Part shown: positions 44,908 to 54,345 of the stretch, one piece after another | Numbering within the stretch: position 1 is the stretch's first letter | Layout of the letters: each line of letters opens with the position of its first letter | Virus record (IMG/VR): IMGVR_UViG_3300005077_000004 | Location: 1 to 64,000 of that record | Strand: one strand, 5' to 3' | DNA length: 64,000 nt | From: a virus | Position numbers and translations under genes: made by a program | Notes under the pieces: generated by a model | The model's input: only the letters and a program-made list of their open reading frames with translations | Databases searched by the model: none | What the model was told of the DNA's origin: nothing

Positions 44908-46391
44908 TAGTAAAGTCTCAATATTGGTTTATTATCCAAATATCTCTGATAAGCCTCCGACCAAGATTTCGATATGACCGCTTCGTTTGTTCTCTCTTGA
45001 CAATCGGTAGGGCTATGACCGCAATACTTACAGAGAACCTTTATCTGCTCGAAGAGTGACCGGTAATCGACCAGATTAAGTTTCTTTATACCAATATCGA
45101 ATCCGAAAACTCTTGCCAACGAAGCACCAGCACCACAAGGAAAATATCCATAACGAGAGAGACCGATTCCACATCTCCATGGAATATCACAGAAGGGAGT
45201 TATTAGATGTCCAAAATCGCACGGTGCTTTGTTATAGGAAGTAAATACCAAAGACTCTTTCTTGTCCTTAGATGAATTTCTAATCTTTACCCATTTCGGA
45301 ATTCGATTGATTACTTCATTGGTAAGCTTTCCAACCCCATTTGTTGAAAAGCGAATTCGACATTCCGAAACAACATCTTTGTATTCTTTTATGATTTCAA
45401 AGATAGAATCGATCTCAGGGTGCAATGTAGGTTCCCCACCAATAAGATCGATGCGAACCCACTTTCGATTCTCTGACAAAGATTCATCAACGAATTGATG
45501 GATCTGTTGAACCGACATATGTTCTTGAGAACGGGCATTCCCACATGATCTATCACAGTTCTTACATCTCATATTACAGTCGGTTGTCAATTCGAGTTGA
45601 ACTTTGTTTAACAGATTTTGTTTGTACCCATACCCATGTTTACGAGATAAATAAATTTGCTTCTTGGTGTTAAGGAATGATCCGTCGAATGCAAAAATCG
45701 GAGTAACTGATTGAATGAGTCTTCGATATTTCGATCCGATACACACACCCTTCTTTTTCAGATTAGAGGATGCCCAAGTGCGGTGGGGAAGACGCTCTGC
45801 CATATACCAAAGAAAGGTATCGTGACTAGGTATCGGAAGTCGTTGACCGGCAAGATACGCGCACTCGTCAACAAAGTCTTTGTTATGAAGACACATAAAC
45901 GATATTATACGCTTGCATCCTATAGCTGGTTTATTCCAATCGAAATCAGGTCTATACGGTTCACCAGAAAGATTCTTCAAATCAGACCACTCGTTCAATT
46001 CTCTTATCCACGTTGCCGGTTTAGTATACCCCCAGCGATGCGAAAATAAGTCATATTTGAAATCATCTTCAGAGAAAACATTTTCTTCAGAAATGAAATG
46101 ACATTCTGAGTCCAATTTAACCCAATGAGGGGTCTCGACATATTTTCCAGTTCCAAGAACAAATGCCGAGAATATCTGTTCTCTCTTTGGTATATCCGCA
46201 TTCATATTCCAATCAATCACTCTAACATTTTTTCCAAGATCTTTGAAATGCTTTTCTGGTCTTTTGTATCCATGTGTAAACAGAAGTATCGGGGAAATCC
46301 GAAACTGTTCTTTCAATCTCCAGGTTGGAAGACAAAGACGAAGTTTCTTTTCGTAGTCAGGTGTGGTTGCAGTGACTATAGTAAATTCCAT
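44907..46391 (-). CDS. fusion protein: N-terminal GT-A-like domain + C-terminal radical SAM domain with an extra Cys cluster (SPASM-like)
   Basis: N-terminus: FTIVTATTPDY...KLDSECHF. C-terminus: LELTTDCNMRCKNCDRSCG (CX3CX2C), IDLIGGEPTLHPE, then CDF...CDIPWRCG...FPCGAG...CKYCGHSPTDC. Confidence 0.7.
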   Translation of the reverse strand: MEFTIVTATTPDYEKKLRLCLPTWRLKEQFRISPILLFTHGYKRPEKHFKDLGKNVRVIDWNMNADIPKREQIFSAFVLGTGKYVETPHWVKLDSECHFISEENVFSEDDFKYDLFSHRWGYTKPATWIRELNEWSDLKNLSGEPYRPDFDWNKPAIGCKRIISFMCLHNKDFVDECAYLAGQRLPIPSHDTFLWYMAERLPHRTWASSNLKKKGVCIGSKYRRLIQSVTPIFAFDGSFLNTKKQIYLSRKHGYGYKQNLLNKVQLELTTDCNMRCKNCDRSCGNARSQEHMSVQQIHQFVDESLSENRKWVRIDLIGGEPTLHPEIDSIFEIIKEYKDVVSECRIRFSTNGVGKLTNEVINRIPKWVKIRNSSKDKKESLVFTSYNKAPCDFGHLITPFCDIPWRCGIGLSRYGYFPCGAGASLARVFGFDIGIKKLNLVDYRSLFEQIKVLCKYCGHSPTDCQERTNEAVISKSWSEAYQRYLDNKPILRLY

Positions 46392-46398
46392 CTATCCA

Positions 46399-47145
46399 CT
46401 AATTTAATCCCATCTTGGATGCGGTATCGAAAAAGAATCTCTTGGACCTCGAACCTCCATAATGAATAGCCATCCCAGGTATTCGGACTTTTCTTGTTTG
46501 GATATATCTAACCCCAAGAACCGAAGCACGATTTTCGTAGAATCGTAATACGTTCAAAAGAATCGGTTGATCAATGTATTTTCTCTGTGTCCTCAAGATC
46601 AAATTCGGTTTAACCTCTGATATGAAAAAATCAGATAGTTTCGGAGTGTAGGCTACGAATCCCGCACACATCTGATCATTCGAATCGAGACAAGCTAAGG
46701 GAGTTGTTTCTAGAGGGTCTCGACGTCCGCTCGAAATCAAAATACGATTCCCGATTTCTTTTCCGATATACTCAAACAATTCGTTTCCTCTAGTAAAAAT
46801 TATGTCACTATCAGCCCAACATACAACGTTATAGTTGAAATAGTCTTTATATTCGGGGAGAATGTATTTGGTGTACCGACCGTAAAATCTATCATTACCT
46901 CCGGATATTGTAAACATCGAATGACTTTTTGGAAGAATCCATTGCTTAACTCTCGGATTCTTCGTTAGGATATTTGTTTTTTGATCACGTATCACTAAAC
47001 AATCAACATCACAACCAGTTAAACTATTCATCATAATACTCGTCCACTTGTTATATCGAAGTCCGGTTTTCGGATCCCTAATTAAACCAGTAGATTCATC
47101 TGCTGTATTTCCAAAACATGATGTGTAAACGAGGATACGTTTCAT
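46399..47145 (-). CDS. putative glycosyltransferase (DUF616-like N-terminus, DxD)
   Basis: ILVYTSCFGN and VVCWADSDIIF. Confidence 0.4.
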   Translation of the reverse strand: MKRILVYTSCFGNTADESTGLIRDPKTGLRYNKWTSIMMNSLTGCDVDCLVIRDQKTNILTKNPRVKQWILPKSHSMFTISGGNDRFYGRYTKYILPEYKDYFNYNVVCWADSDIIFTRGNELFEYIGKEIGNRILISSGRRDPLETTPLACLDSNDQMCAGFVAYTPKLSDFFISEVKPNLILRTQRKYIDQPILLNVLRFYENRASVLGVRYIQTRKVRIPGMAIHYGGSRSKRFFFDTASKMGLN

Positions 47146-48032
47146 GATTTAGTTTTGACTATATCGAAAATATTGTTCTTATGTTTTCTATACATCTTAT
47201 CATCGTAATCATTCTCCAGGACATTCATCCCCACTTTATCAAAGACCCCCTGGATTAGACACTGTTCGAAATAATACAACCATATAAGGGAGTGATGGAG
47301 CGGAAACCCTTCATCTGAGAACCGACAATGTTTTTTTCCGTGGAAATGAACTACTACCGGATAAGCGGGATCATCGATCTTATCATCGTACTTACATGAA
47401 CAGTTGAATGCGGACTCTAGAAGTTTATGTGGATATTTCGGAAGGAGAAGCTGCATACACGTTTCGTCAGCTATAAACGATTCTCTCCCCACCACAGCAC
47501 GATCATACCACACCTTCATTATCTGAGAATCTTTGCGGAAGCCGAAGCATCCACAATTAATTGCGCTTCCGTAGTCGAGAGCAGGACCAACAAGATTTGG
47601 ATGATGTTGATTCCAATACTTAATTCTTTTCGAAACAACCCCACCCTGCGTTCCCCAATTAGCGAAGTGAGCGATACTGAATTCGTGTTCCTTTGCTGTA
47701 GCTATGAACTCAATTATTCGTGGAGACAAAACAACGGTATCAGAATCCAATGAGACTGAGACGTCGAACGGAGTAACAGTATGATATTTCGTTCGTTCTA
47801 GAAACACAAGATTCTTTCCAGGAGGAACGTCAAGATCTAAAACTTGAATACCGCAATCAAAATGCTCTGCTATTCTTTCGCAAGTTTTGATAGCAAACGT
47901 CTGAACATTAACATCTCGCTTCGGATAATACAATAGAATATCTCCGTCATATACTTGACGAAGAGAAAACATCGACACCACCATTCGAATTAAACAAGAC
48001 ATTCCTGAGTTGTAGTAAACGATCCCGTTCAT
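47142..48032 (-). CDS. putative GT8-like glycosyltransferase
   Basis: GIVYYNSG...SLRQ, SLDSDTVVL (DxD), AINCGCFGFRKD. Confidence 0.5.
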   Translation of the reverse strand: MNGIVYYNSGMSCLIRMVVSMFSLRQVYDGDILLYYPKRDVNVQTFAIKTCERIAEHFDCGIQVLDLDVPPGKNLVFLERTKYHTVTPFDVSVSLDSDTVVLSPRIIEFIATAKEHEFSIAHFANWGTQGGVVSKRIKYWNQHHPNLVGPALDYGSAINCGCFGFRKDSQIMKVWYDRAVVGRESFIADETCMQLLLPKYPHKLLESAFNCSCKYDDKIDDPAYPVVVHFHGKKHCRFSDEGFPLHHSLIWLYYFEQCLIQGVFDKVGMNVLENDYDDKMYRKHKNNIFDIVKTKS

Positions 48033-49180
48033 TTCTTCTTTCCCTTCTTCTCCTTGTCCTCTCTATCATAGAGACCTTCTGTTCTTTCATTCTCAGTATC
48101 AGGCATGAGAGCGGTCGCTGCTTCTATTGCTTCATTGAAAGCTACCTTTGGAAATACCTCTAGGTGTGAATTCCGATTGCAATTGAAAATGTGATAATGA
48201 TATTTTTCAAATATAGGTTTCAGTTCCTCAAATCTCTTGGTTAACATCTTATAGGTTGAATTGTTTCCATTGACAGATCCTTCAGATCTATCCTGTTCGA
48301 AGTTGTAGTTTTGTTTGCCATATTCCATCTTGAAGTCGCAACCGAGAAGGAAAACATTTCTTACTCCCAAATAAAATAAAATGCGGAGTGCGGCAAGAAG
48401 TACACTTCTCGATCCAAATTCTCTGCTCCCACACTTCGGACAGACCTTGATATCAATTCCGTCCTTTTTCTTATCCGGTCTCCAATAACCACAATGGCAG
48501 AGATTACTATGGTTCCCCCAATTGATGGTATCTTCAAAAAGGAACTGGCTGGCAACAAAATGTTCGTTCCGTCGATAATAGAAAACACTTGGAGCATCAC
48601 CAACAACCATGCTCATTTCTTTCCATGCTTCATTATCGAAGATATTCTTCTCTGCCGCAGATGTTGGGGCAAATTTGATTATGGTGGGATCTAACCAAAT
48701 TGATTTGATGAAGTGAGCGGGTTTATCAACACAAACCCAAAGATTCGGACGAAATGTTTTGGCAGAGTTATTCACACCCATCGTTAGAATTCCGGGTGTG
48801 CGAAGGGCATCTAAATTAAGCTCAAGTAAGCTCGGACCACCGAGAATTAGAAATGCTGCCGCCCCTCGGTACATATCACCTATAAAAACACTATGCCCAT
48901 CTCTGGTAAACAAGAGAGGAGGAGTTTGAATATAGTGACCTATACGAAAACCTTCATATCGATCCCGACCGTCCCACAAAAGACCTCGGTCGTTCTTATC
49001 CTCCACGGTTGATCTACTTCTTGGAGGAGTCTGAACCTTCTCGGTAGGTGATCTCTTTTCAGGTTCAACCTCTTCTGGTTCCTCGTTTTTGGTTATTTCT
49101 TTCTCAACATTTTGAACGATTGCTTGTTCTTTTATTCTCTTCCATTCATCCAGCGTCCACTTTTTGACGCTTTCGGACAT
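48029..49180 (-). CDS. DUF115/Maf-like (MptE-like fold) putative glycosyltransferase with an inserted Zn ribbon
   Basis: AAFLILGGPSL...ILTMGVNN...VCVDKP...YLGVRNVFLLGCDF. Insert CHCGYW...VCPKCGS. Confidence 0.5.
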   Translation of the reverse strand: MSESVKKWTLDEWKRIKEQAIVQNVEKEITKNEEPEEVEPEKRSPTEKVQTPPRSRSTVEDKNDRGLLWDGRDRYEGFRIGHYIQTPPLLFTRDGHSVFIGDMYRGAAAFLILGGPSLLELNLDALRTPGILTMGVNNSAKTFRPNLWVCVDKPAHFIKSIWLDPTIIKFAPTSAAEKNIFDNEAWKEMSMVVGDAPSVFYYRRNEHFVASQFLFEDTINWGNHSNLCHCGYWRPDKKKDGIDIKVCPKCGSREFGSRSVLLAALRILFYLGVRNVFLLGCDFKMEYGKQNYNFEQDRSEGSVNGNNSTYKMLTKRFEELKPIFEKYHYHIFNCNRNSHLEVFPKVAFNEAIEAATALMPDTENERTEGLYDREDKEKKGKKK

Positions 49181-49192
49181 TCTTGACTCCTA

Positions 49193-50326
49193 TTATTCGT
49201 AATCTCGTACAATCAAACCAACCGGAAACCGAGGAATCCCATCATCCGTCAATTCGAAATATCTAACTGTCATCATTTTTCCGATGTACTGGTTCCCATT
49301 CTCAAACCAGTCTTTTCGTTCCCCTTCGGTTCCCCTCGGTCGAACACTGAATTCTTTTCCACTTTTAGTCTTACATTTCCAAATCACAGTACCCTTAGCT
49401 CTACCCTCACCTTCGGTAAATCCGACAATTTCAAACTCGTCATCTTTGAAGTTCTTATACTTCTGGAGATCTTTTGATCTCTTATTGACAGAATAAACCC
49501 CATCCATATTTCGGAGTATCAGCCCTTCATAACCTTCTGAAACAAAGAAGTCGTGATACTTCTTAATATCGTCCTCATTTTTAATCAGAACGTTTTCGGT
49601 AAGTTTGATCGACTTACAATTGACACTTTCAAGAAGACCACGAAGATGTTGATAACGGGTTATAAAAGGAACCTTTGGATTGTCTGGAAAAATAGAATCA
49701 TACAAACGATAGCATATCTTTCGCATATCGTTTGTATCTTCTTCTGCGAGAGTTTCTTTCTTGACCAACCCAACTGTTCTTTGAAATGTGAGGTCGTCTG
49801 AATAAAGTTCACCATCAAAGATTATTTGACCGCTACAAAGCTTTTTGAGTTGGAGGATAGGTTCGAACAAATGTTCCAGATGCGGAAAAATCTTTCCTTT
49901 CCTCGACATAAGAACGACATTGTTATTTCCTAAAACGAACGCAAGGCAACGAACCCCGTCAAACTTTCTTTGCCCTATACAAGGAAACTTCATATCCTTT
50001 CCACGCTTATCGTAAGAATGGGCAAGCATAGGAAGATAAACAACAGTATCTACGTTGTCCAGAGACTCAACATATCCCTTATCTTTTTGCTTCTTCCACT
50101 TCGACTCTGCTTCGCTCCTAGCTTGATCGAACGGGGTGGTTTCGTTTTCTTTCCCGATATTTTTACCCTTCGTTATCTCTTTGACGTCTACTTGCTTTTT
50201 TCCGTCCTGGTATCCATGAACGATAGTAATTATCCCCTTATCAGCACAATCACCATCAACCTTAATCTCCCATTCGGAGATTTTTCCGGTAGACGACTTC
50301 TTATAGAGAATCGGAAAAGATATCAT
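49193..50326 (-). CDS. ATP-dependent DNA ligase
   Basis: Motif I GQRKFDGVRC (KxDG), III IFDGELY, IV YEGLILR, V LQKYKNFKDDEFEIVG, OB-domain tail GIPRFPV. Start MISFPILYKK preceded by AGGGAGAAACA. Confidence 0.85.
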   Translation of the reverse strand: MISFPILYKKSSTGKISEWEIKVDGDCADKGIITIVHGYQDGKKQVDVKEITKGKNIGKENETTPFDQARSEAESKWKKQKDKGYVESLDNVDTVVYLPMLAHSYDKRGKDMKFPCIGQRKFDGVRCLAFVLGNNNVVLMSRKGKIFPHLEHLFEPILQLKKLCSGQIIFDGELYSDDLTFQRTVGLVKKETLAEEDTNDMRKICYRLYDSIFPDNPKVPFITRYQHLRGLLESVNCKSIKLTENVLIKNEDDIKKYHDFFVSEGYEGLILRNMDGVYSVNKRSKDLQKYKNFKDDEFEIVGFTEGEGRAKGTVIWKCKTKSGKEFSVRPRGTEGERKDWFENGNQYIGKMMTVRYFELTDDGIPRFPVGLIVRDYE

Positions 50327-50336
50327 TGTTTCTCCC

Positions 50337-50897
50337 TTAGAGTAGAAGACCAATAGGTTGATCTCGATCAACCTCTTCAACAACCGAAATCAACTCTTTC
50401 AAATTATCCAAAAGATTTTCAAGATCACTAGAATCGCAAACCTGAACCGCTACCTCGTAAACCTCAAGAAGTCGATCATATTCCTCTTCTGAAGCAACGT
50501 AGTTTTTATGATTGTCTGACGAATTCTCGTCGTCCTCTTCGTCTTCTTCGTCGTCCTCTTCGTCTTTGTTTTTTCGGTTAGCGTGGAGAAGTTCATTGAT
50601 CTCGTCAATATAAGCATTAACTTCTCCTGGATTAAGATTACAAGGGTGATATATAGTAACCTTTTTTCCATTATATAACTTTCCTTGGGTCGCTGAATAA
50701 TCCGCATTAACAAACAACCCGTTCGGATTCATTCCATCTTCTTGAATAGCTTCTCGGACCTCATCGACCGAGACCTTTGAATTCGGAAGATACGTCAGGA
50801 TCTTCTTCCAAATTTCATAGGTTGTGAACAATCTCTTCATAACCATCTTCTGTGAAATTTCTTTCTTAACGATATCTTGTAGAATTTCTTTTTCCAT
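50337..50897 (-). CDS. hypothetical protein with an acidic tract (186 aa)
   Basis: ORF between the PARP and ligase genes. Contains DEEDDEEDEEDDE. Confidence 0.5.
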   Translation of the reverse strand: MEKEILQDIVKKEISQKMVMKRLFTTYEIWKKILTYLPNSKVSVDEVREAIQEDGMNPNGLFVNADYSATQGKLYNGKKVTIYHPCNLNPGEVNAYIDEINELLHANRKNKDEEDDEEDEEDDENSSDNHKNYVASEEEYDRLLEVYEVAVQVCDSSDLENLLDNLKELISVVEEVDRDQPIGLLL

Positions 50898-50940
50898 GAT
50901 TTTCTCCTTTTGTTAAATTGTACCAGATTTTGATTCAGAG

Positions 50941-52251
50941 TCAATTAAATTCTATTAGGTATTTTGGATTGCATTGATGAATTTTGTAGACAATCATTTC
51001 GTTGTTTAGTACACCAGAAACCCCGGCTTTAGCGAAGCAGGAATCATATCCATCGGGAAGTTTTCTAAACCCACGATTAGTCGGAGTGTATTCTTTTCCC
51101 ATCGCGACATCAAACAGAAACATGAAGCAATGACTGCTTCTGGATCCTGACCAATATCCATAAGAATAATTAAGACTCTTCGTAGATTGGTCGCTGAAAT
51201 AAGCACCATCACCAAACATTCTTCCGGTACAATAGGATGCCGAAGATGGGGGAATGTACAACCCCTTCGCTAGAATCGAAAGAATGTTTCCTATCCTGGT
51301 TCCATGCCAAAGTTCTCGCACGTTCCCAATCTTAAGACCTTGATGTTTGTATTCCTCATTCATCTTCTTATGGTGAACAGTGTACACTTTTTTCATTGAT
51401 AGGTTACGACACGAATGTCTATCGTTCTTCGTATTCAAAAAGAACTTTAGAAGTCGATCAAACTCTTTCTTGTCTTCGAGAAGACCGACCCGAACACCAA
51501 AATCCAACTCCTCTTTCTTCTCGTCTTTGGAATCTTTTGGAGCATTCAAAACGTCAAGACTCGCTTGAAGTGAATCAAGAATCGAAGAAATCTGATCAAA
51601 CTTATTCAGATCATGGCAGAGAGTTTTCAAGGTTGGTCTTTGACGTCCAATATCTTGAGGGATCAACATCATGAATTCTTCTGCCAATCGGTCTCCGCTT
51701 TTGTTGTTGAATTGATTCTTTTCAACAAAAGGTTTGATATTGCTCAAAACAAGTCTTGCTTGATCGATACTGTTTTGACCGACGACACCTAGAGGGGTCG
51801 AAAACAATCCTGTCGTTTCATCATACTTAAGTGTGGTATTACTTGTAATGTTGTGAATGTTCTCTCGATCAAGAAGGGAGATTAGGTTTTCTACTTCCTT
51901 GTTTCCATCTCCTATCTTTTTCCATACGTCTTTCCCAAGTGACTTCTTCGAAGGCATAGAGACATGATCCACTGTTCCAACGATATCAACTTCCTTGTAG
52001 CAAGAATCCCTCTTACCACCTTTTGCTTTCCCACGTTCTTTTTTCTTAATCAACTTCTCAGCTTCTTTCAACGCTGCATCGGAAGATCCAAAATTCTTAG
52101 TAGTTGATGCTCCGGAATCTCCAACCCGACCATATTCAGTTTCAAGCGTACCATCATCGTACACCTTGATACTCCAAAACTTATTATGACCGGCTGTTCC
52201 GAATTCAGAGTCAGTGCAAATGAATTTCTTGCTCAGAACAAGATTAGACAT
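50941..52251 (-). CDS. poly/mono(ADP-ribose) polymerase, eukaryote-type WGR + helical regulatory + ART catalytic domains
   Basis: WGR: HNKFWSIKVYDDGTLETEYGRVG. Helical domain: FMMLIPQDIGRQRPTLKTL (compare PARP1 FYTLIPHDFGMKKPPLL). ART: LWHGTR (H), GAYFSDQSTKSLNY (Y), NNEMIVYKIHQCNPKYLIEF (E; compare PARP1 [20 protein letters not shown]). Confidence 0.8.
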   Translation of the reverse strand: MSNLVLSKKFICTDSEFGTAGHNKFWSIKVYDDGTLETEYGRVGDSGASTTKNFGSSDAALKEAEKLIKKKERGKAKGGKRDSCYKEVDIVGTVDHVSMPSKKSLGKDVWKKIGDGNKEVENLISLLDRENIHNITSNTTLKYDETTGLFSTPLGVVGQNSIDQARLVLSNIKPFVEKNQFNNKSGDRLAEEFMMLIPQDIGRQRPTLKTLCHDLNKFDQISSILDSLQASLDVLNAPKDSKDEKKEELDFGVRVGLLEDKKEFDRLLKFFLNTKNDRHSCRNLSMKKVYTVHHKKMNEEYKHQGLKIGNVRELWHGTRIGNILSILAKGLYIPPSSASYCTGRMFGDGAYFSDQSTKSLNYSYGYWSGSRSSHCFMFLFDVAMGKEYTPTNRGFRKLPDGYDSCFAKAGVSGVLNNEMIVYKIHQCNPKYLIEFN

Positions 52252-52255
52252 AAGT

Positions 52256-52609
52256 TCATCCTTGGAATGGAGGAGGCATAGCACCTGGAACAATAATCTT
52301 GCTTCGTTCTCTCTCTTGATGTTCTTGTGCTTGCTTCTTCATCTCTTCAATCATTTCTTTGGCAATCTGAGGAACCTTCTCCTGCTTTGTAAGTTCGAAC
52401 TTTTCGAAAGCTTCCTCTATTGTTTCAGCCTCAATGTCAAATCCAACAGGTCTTTCTATCTCTCCCATAGGTGTATGAAACCCTACCACAGCATGACCTT
52501 GAAAATCTATCTTGACACCCTCCGACATTGCTTTCGGAGTCGGAACATAAGCTGTGATTTTTGCTCCACTTTCATCATCGATGTAGTTATAAACGATCCG
52601 TATAGACAT
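52256..52609 (-). CDS. hypothetical protein (117 aa)
   Basis: Start MSIRIVYNY forms a TAATG junction with the upstream SEC-C gene. Confidence 0.5.
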   Translation of the reverse strand: MSIRIVYNYIDDESGAKITAYVPTPKAMSEGVKIDFQGHAVVGFHTPMGEIERPVGFDIEAETIEEAFEKFELTKQEKVPQIAKEMIEEMKKQAQEHQERERSKIIVPGAMPPPFQG

Positions 52610-52980
52610 TACAATCCCCTTCCACAACAACGCTTAAACTTTTTCACCTGTCCCTTCTTCGGACCATCCTCATACTTCGATCCACACGGACACGGTTTAT
52701 TCGGTTTCGGCATCTTGAGAGGTCCAACCGCATGAGGTTTTACACCCCACTCTTTGTATTTCGCCTCACATCTCTTGATATAATCATCTTGTTCTTCGTT
52801 GGATGCTTGTTTTGGAAGATCGTAAACCTTGAATTGACCCCTTCTCGGTTTCTTCCCCATCTTCAAAAACGCTTGATACTCTTGATGGGTTCGAAGACTC
52901 TTAAACGGATCCTTCGTTGGTTCTTTGACTTTCTCAACAACCTCGGGTGGTTGGAATTGATTTTCCTGTTCTTCTTGCAT
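52609..52980 (-). CDS. SEC-C motif protein
   Basis: PCPCGSKYEDGPKKGQVKKFKRCCG, a split CPCGS...KCCG metal-binding motif. Confidence 0.6.
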   Translation of the reverse strand: MQEEQENQFQPPEVVEKVKEPTKDPFKSLRTHQEYQAFLKMGKKPRRGQFKVYDLPKQASNEEQDDYIKRCEAKYKEWGVKPHAVGPLKMPKPNKPCPCGSKYEDGPKKGQVKKFKRCCGRGL

Positions 52981-52992
52981 TTTTACGCTCTC

Positions 52993-54024
52993 CTAAAATG
53001 TTCCATCTATAATATTCAGGAACCGATCTCGAATAAATGTGGATACTACCATATTGATTCTTTTGTTTATCGTCTTGTTCTGACTGACGTCGAACTTTGA
53101 GAATTTTTCTTCGTGGTCTTTCCGTAAATCGCTAATGACGTCCTGTGAAAACATTCCGAGAAGCTTGCCAAACATTTTATCGGTCACTTGACCAACCTTG
53201 GACAAAACGCTTCGAAGTCTATTCTCATTGATATATGAATCAACCAGATCGAGAATCTCTTGCTCTTCGGGTGATAGAGCAGAAGCAACCTTTGTTTGCT
53301 TCAACGATGTTTTATCCTTAGAAAGATTCTCGGAGAACTTTTCATTCTTGTTTTTAAGAATGACTCGCGACCCGCACGGAAAAATTCTATCGATGACAGG
53401 TTTGATCACCACACCTTCACATATATTATTTTCAATTGGAGGAAGACCTAACACGTTTGGAATCGTGGTCGGAAATTCATTCGGATAAGCGATTGAGTCT
53501 TGGAAGAATCCTCGATAGAGAGCTTTCGCATATAAGAAACCAAGTTCTTTCATGCAACCTTCGAAGATATCATAATTGACAAATCGACCTTGAACCTTCA
53601 GATCGAACGCATAAAAATCATTCTTCGGAGAGTAATAAACACCTTTCTGAACGGTCGTAGACTTGGTATCTCTCTCTATTGAAGGGTGGGGATAGTTGCC
53701 ACCAAAAATTTCACCGAAAAGAGCTATTTCATAACTCTCTATTTTTAGATTGAAGACTTCTCCAACCGCTATATAGAGTTGCTTCAGACGATCATAATAA
53801 AGATCGGCAACTCTTTCCCAACCATAGAAGTTATCGTCTTCTCTCAAGAAGGTAGTTCGTTTGGCATATCGAATACCTTCTCGATTCATCCAGAAGGAAA
53901 AATTAGATCCGTGGACCTTTTCGGTCACGACCCATTCCCCATACGACAAACCGTATTGGATTATATCATTGATAGTCTTTATTCGATAAGAATTTTCTAT
54001 CGAAGGATATTCTTTGAATTCCAT
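52993..54024 (-). CDS. RNA ligase, Rnl2 (T4 RnlB)-like
   Basis: Motif I VTEKVHGSNF, III LFGEIFGG, IV CEGVVIKP, V VILKNKNEKF, plus a C-terminal helical domain. About 340 aa. Confidence 0.75.
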   Translation of the reverse strand: MEFKEYPSIENSYRIKTINDIIQYGLSYGEWVVTEKVHGSNFSFWMNREGIRYAKRTTFLREDDNFYGWERVADLYYDRLKQLYIAVGEVFNLKIESYEIALFGEIFGGNYPHPSIERDTKSTTVQKGVYYSPKNDFYAFDLKVQGRFVNYDIFEGCMKELGFLYAKALYRGFFQDSIAYPNEFPTTIPNVLGLPPIENNICEGVVIKPVIDRIFPCGSRVILKNKNEKFSENLSKDKTSLKQTKVASALSPEEQEILDLVDSYINENRLRSVLSKVGQVTDKMFGKLLGMFSQDVISDLRKDHEEKFSKFDVSQNKTINKRINMVVSTFIRDRFLNIIDGTF

Positions 54025-54275
54025 TCTTCTTTCCTTTTGGATAAATCAGAACGACAGAGATCTTCCATAGCTATCCAGTATTGAGAACACACCACAGTCT
54101 TCGGAAAGTCTTCTCGTAGAAGACGGTCAAACCACCCCTCCCGATAACCAGAACATTGTCCGGTTGTATAACCGTAGCGGAACACCAAACCAAACAACAC
54201 GAGAAGCACCATCACAAATAATGGTGTCAATGTTAACCAGAATCGATAACAACGAAATTGCATATAAACCCTCAA
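53997..54275 (-). CDS. possible membrane protein (92 aa)
   Basis: Hydrophobic helix LTLTPLFVMVLLVLFGLVF. Confidence 0.35.
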   Translation of the reverse strand: MRVYMQFRCYRFWLTLTPLFVMVLLVLFGLVFRYGYTTGQCSGYREGWFDRLLREDFPKTVVCSQYWIAMEDLCRSDLSKRKEEWNSKNILR

Positions 54276-54345
54276 TATATGTGAAGGATTATAGCATACT
54301 ACAGAAAAATTGTCAAGTTATTTTTTGTGATTCTGGAATGGTTTT

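Noticed and set aside
52214-52735. 173-aa plus-strand ORF
   Set aside because: It is antisense across the PARP start, the 117-aa ORF and the SEC-C gene. The minus-strand genes have recognisable motifs and TAATG coupling.
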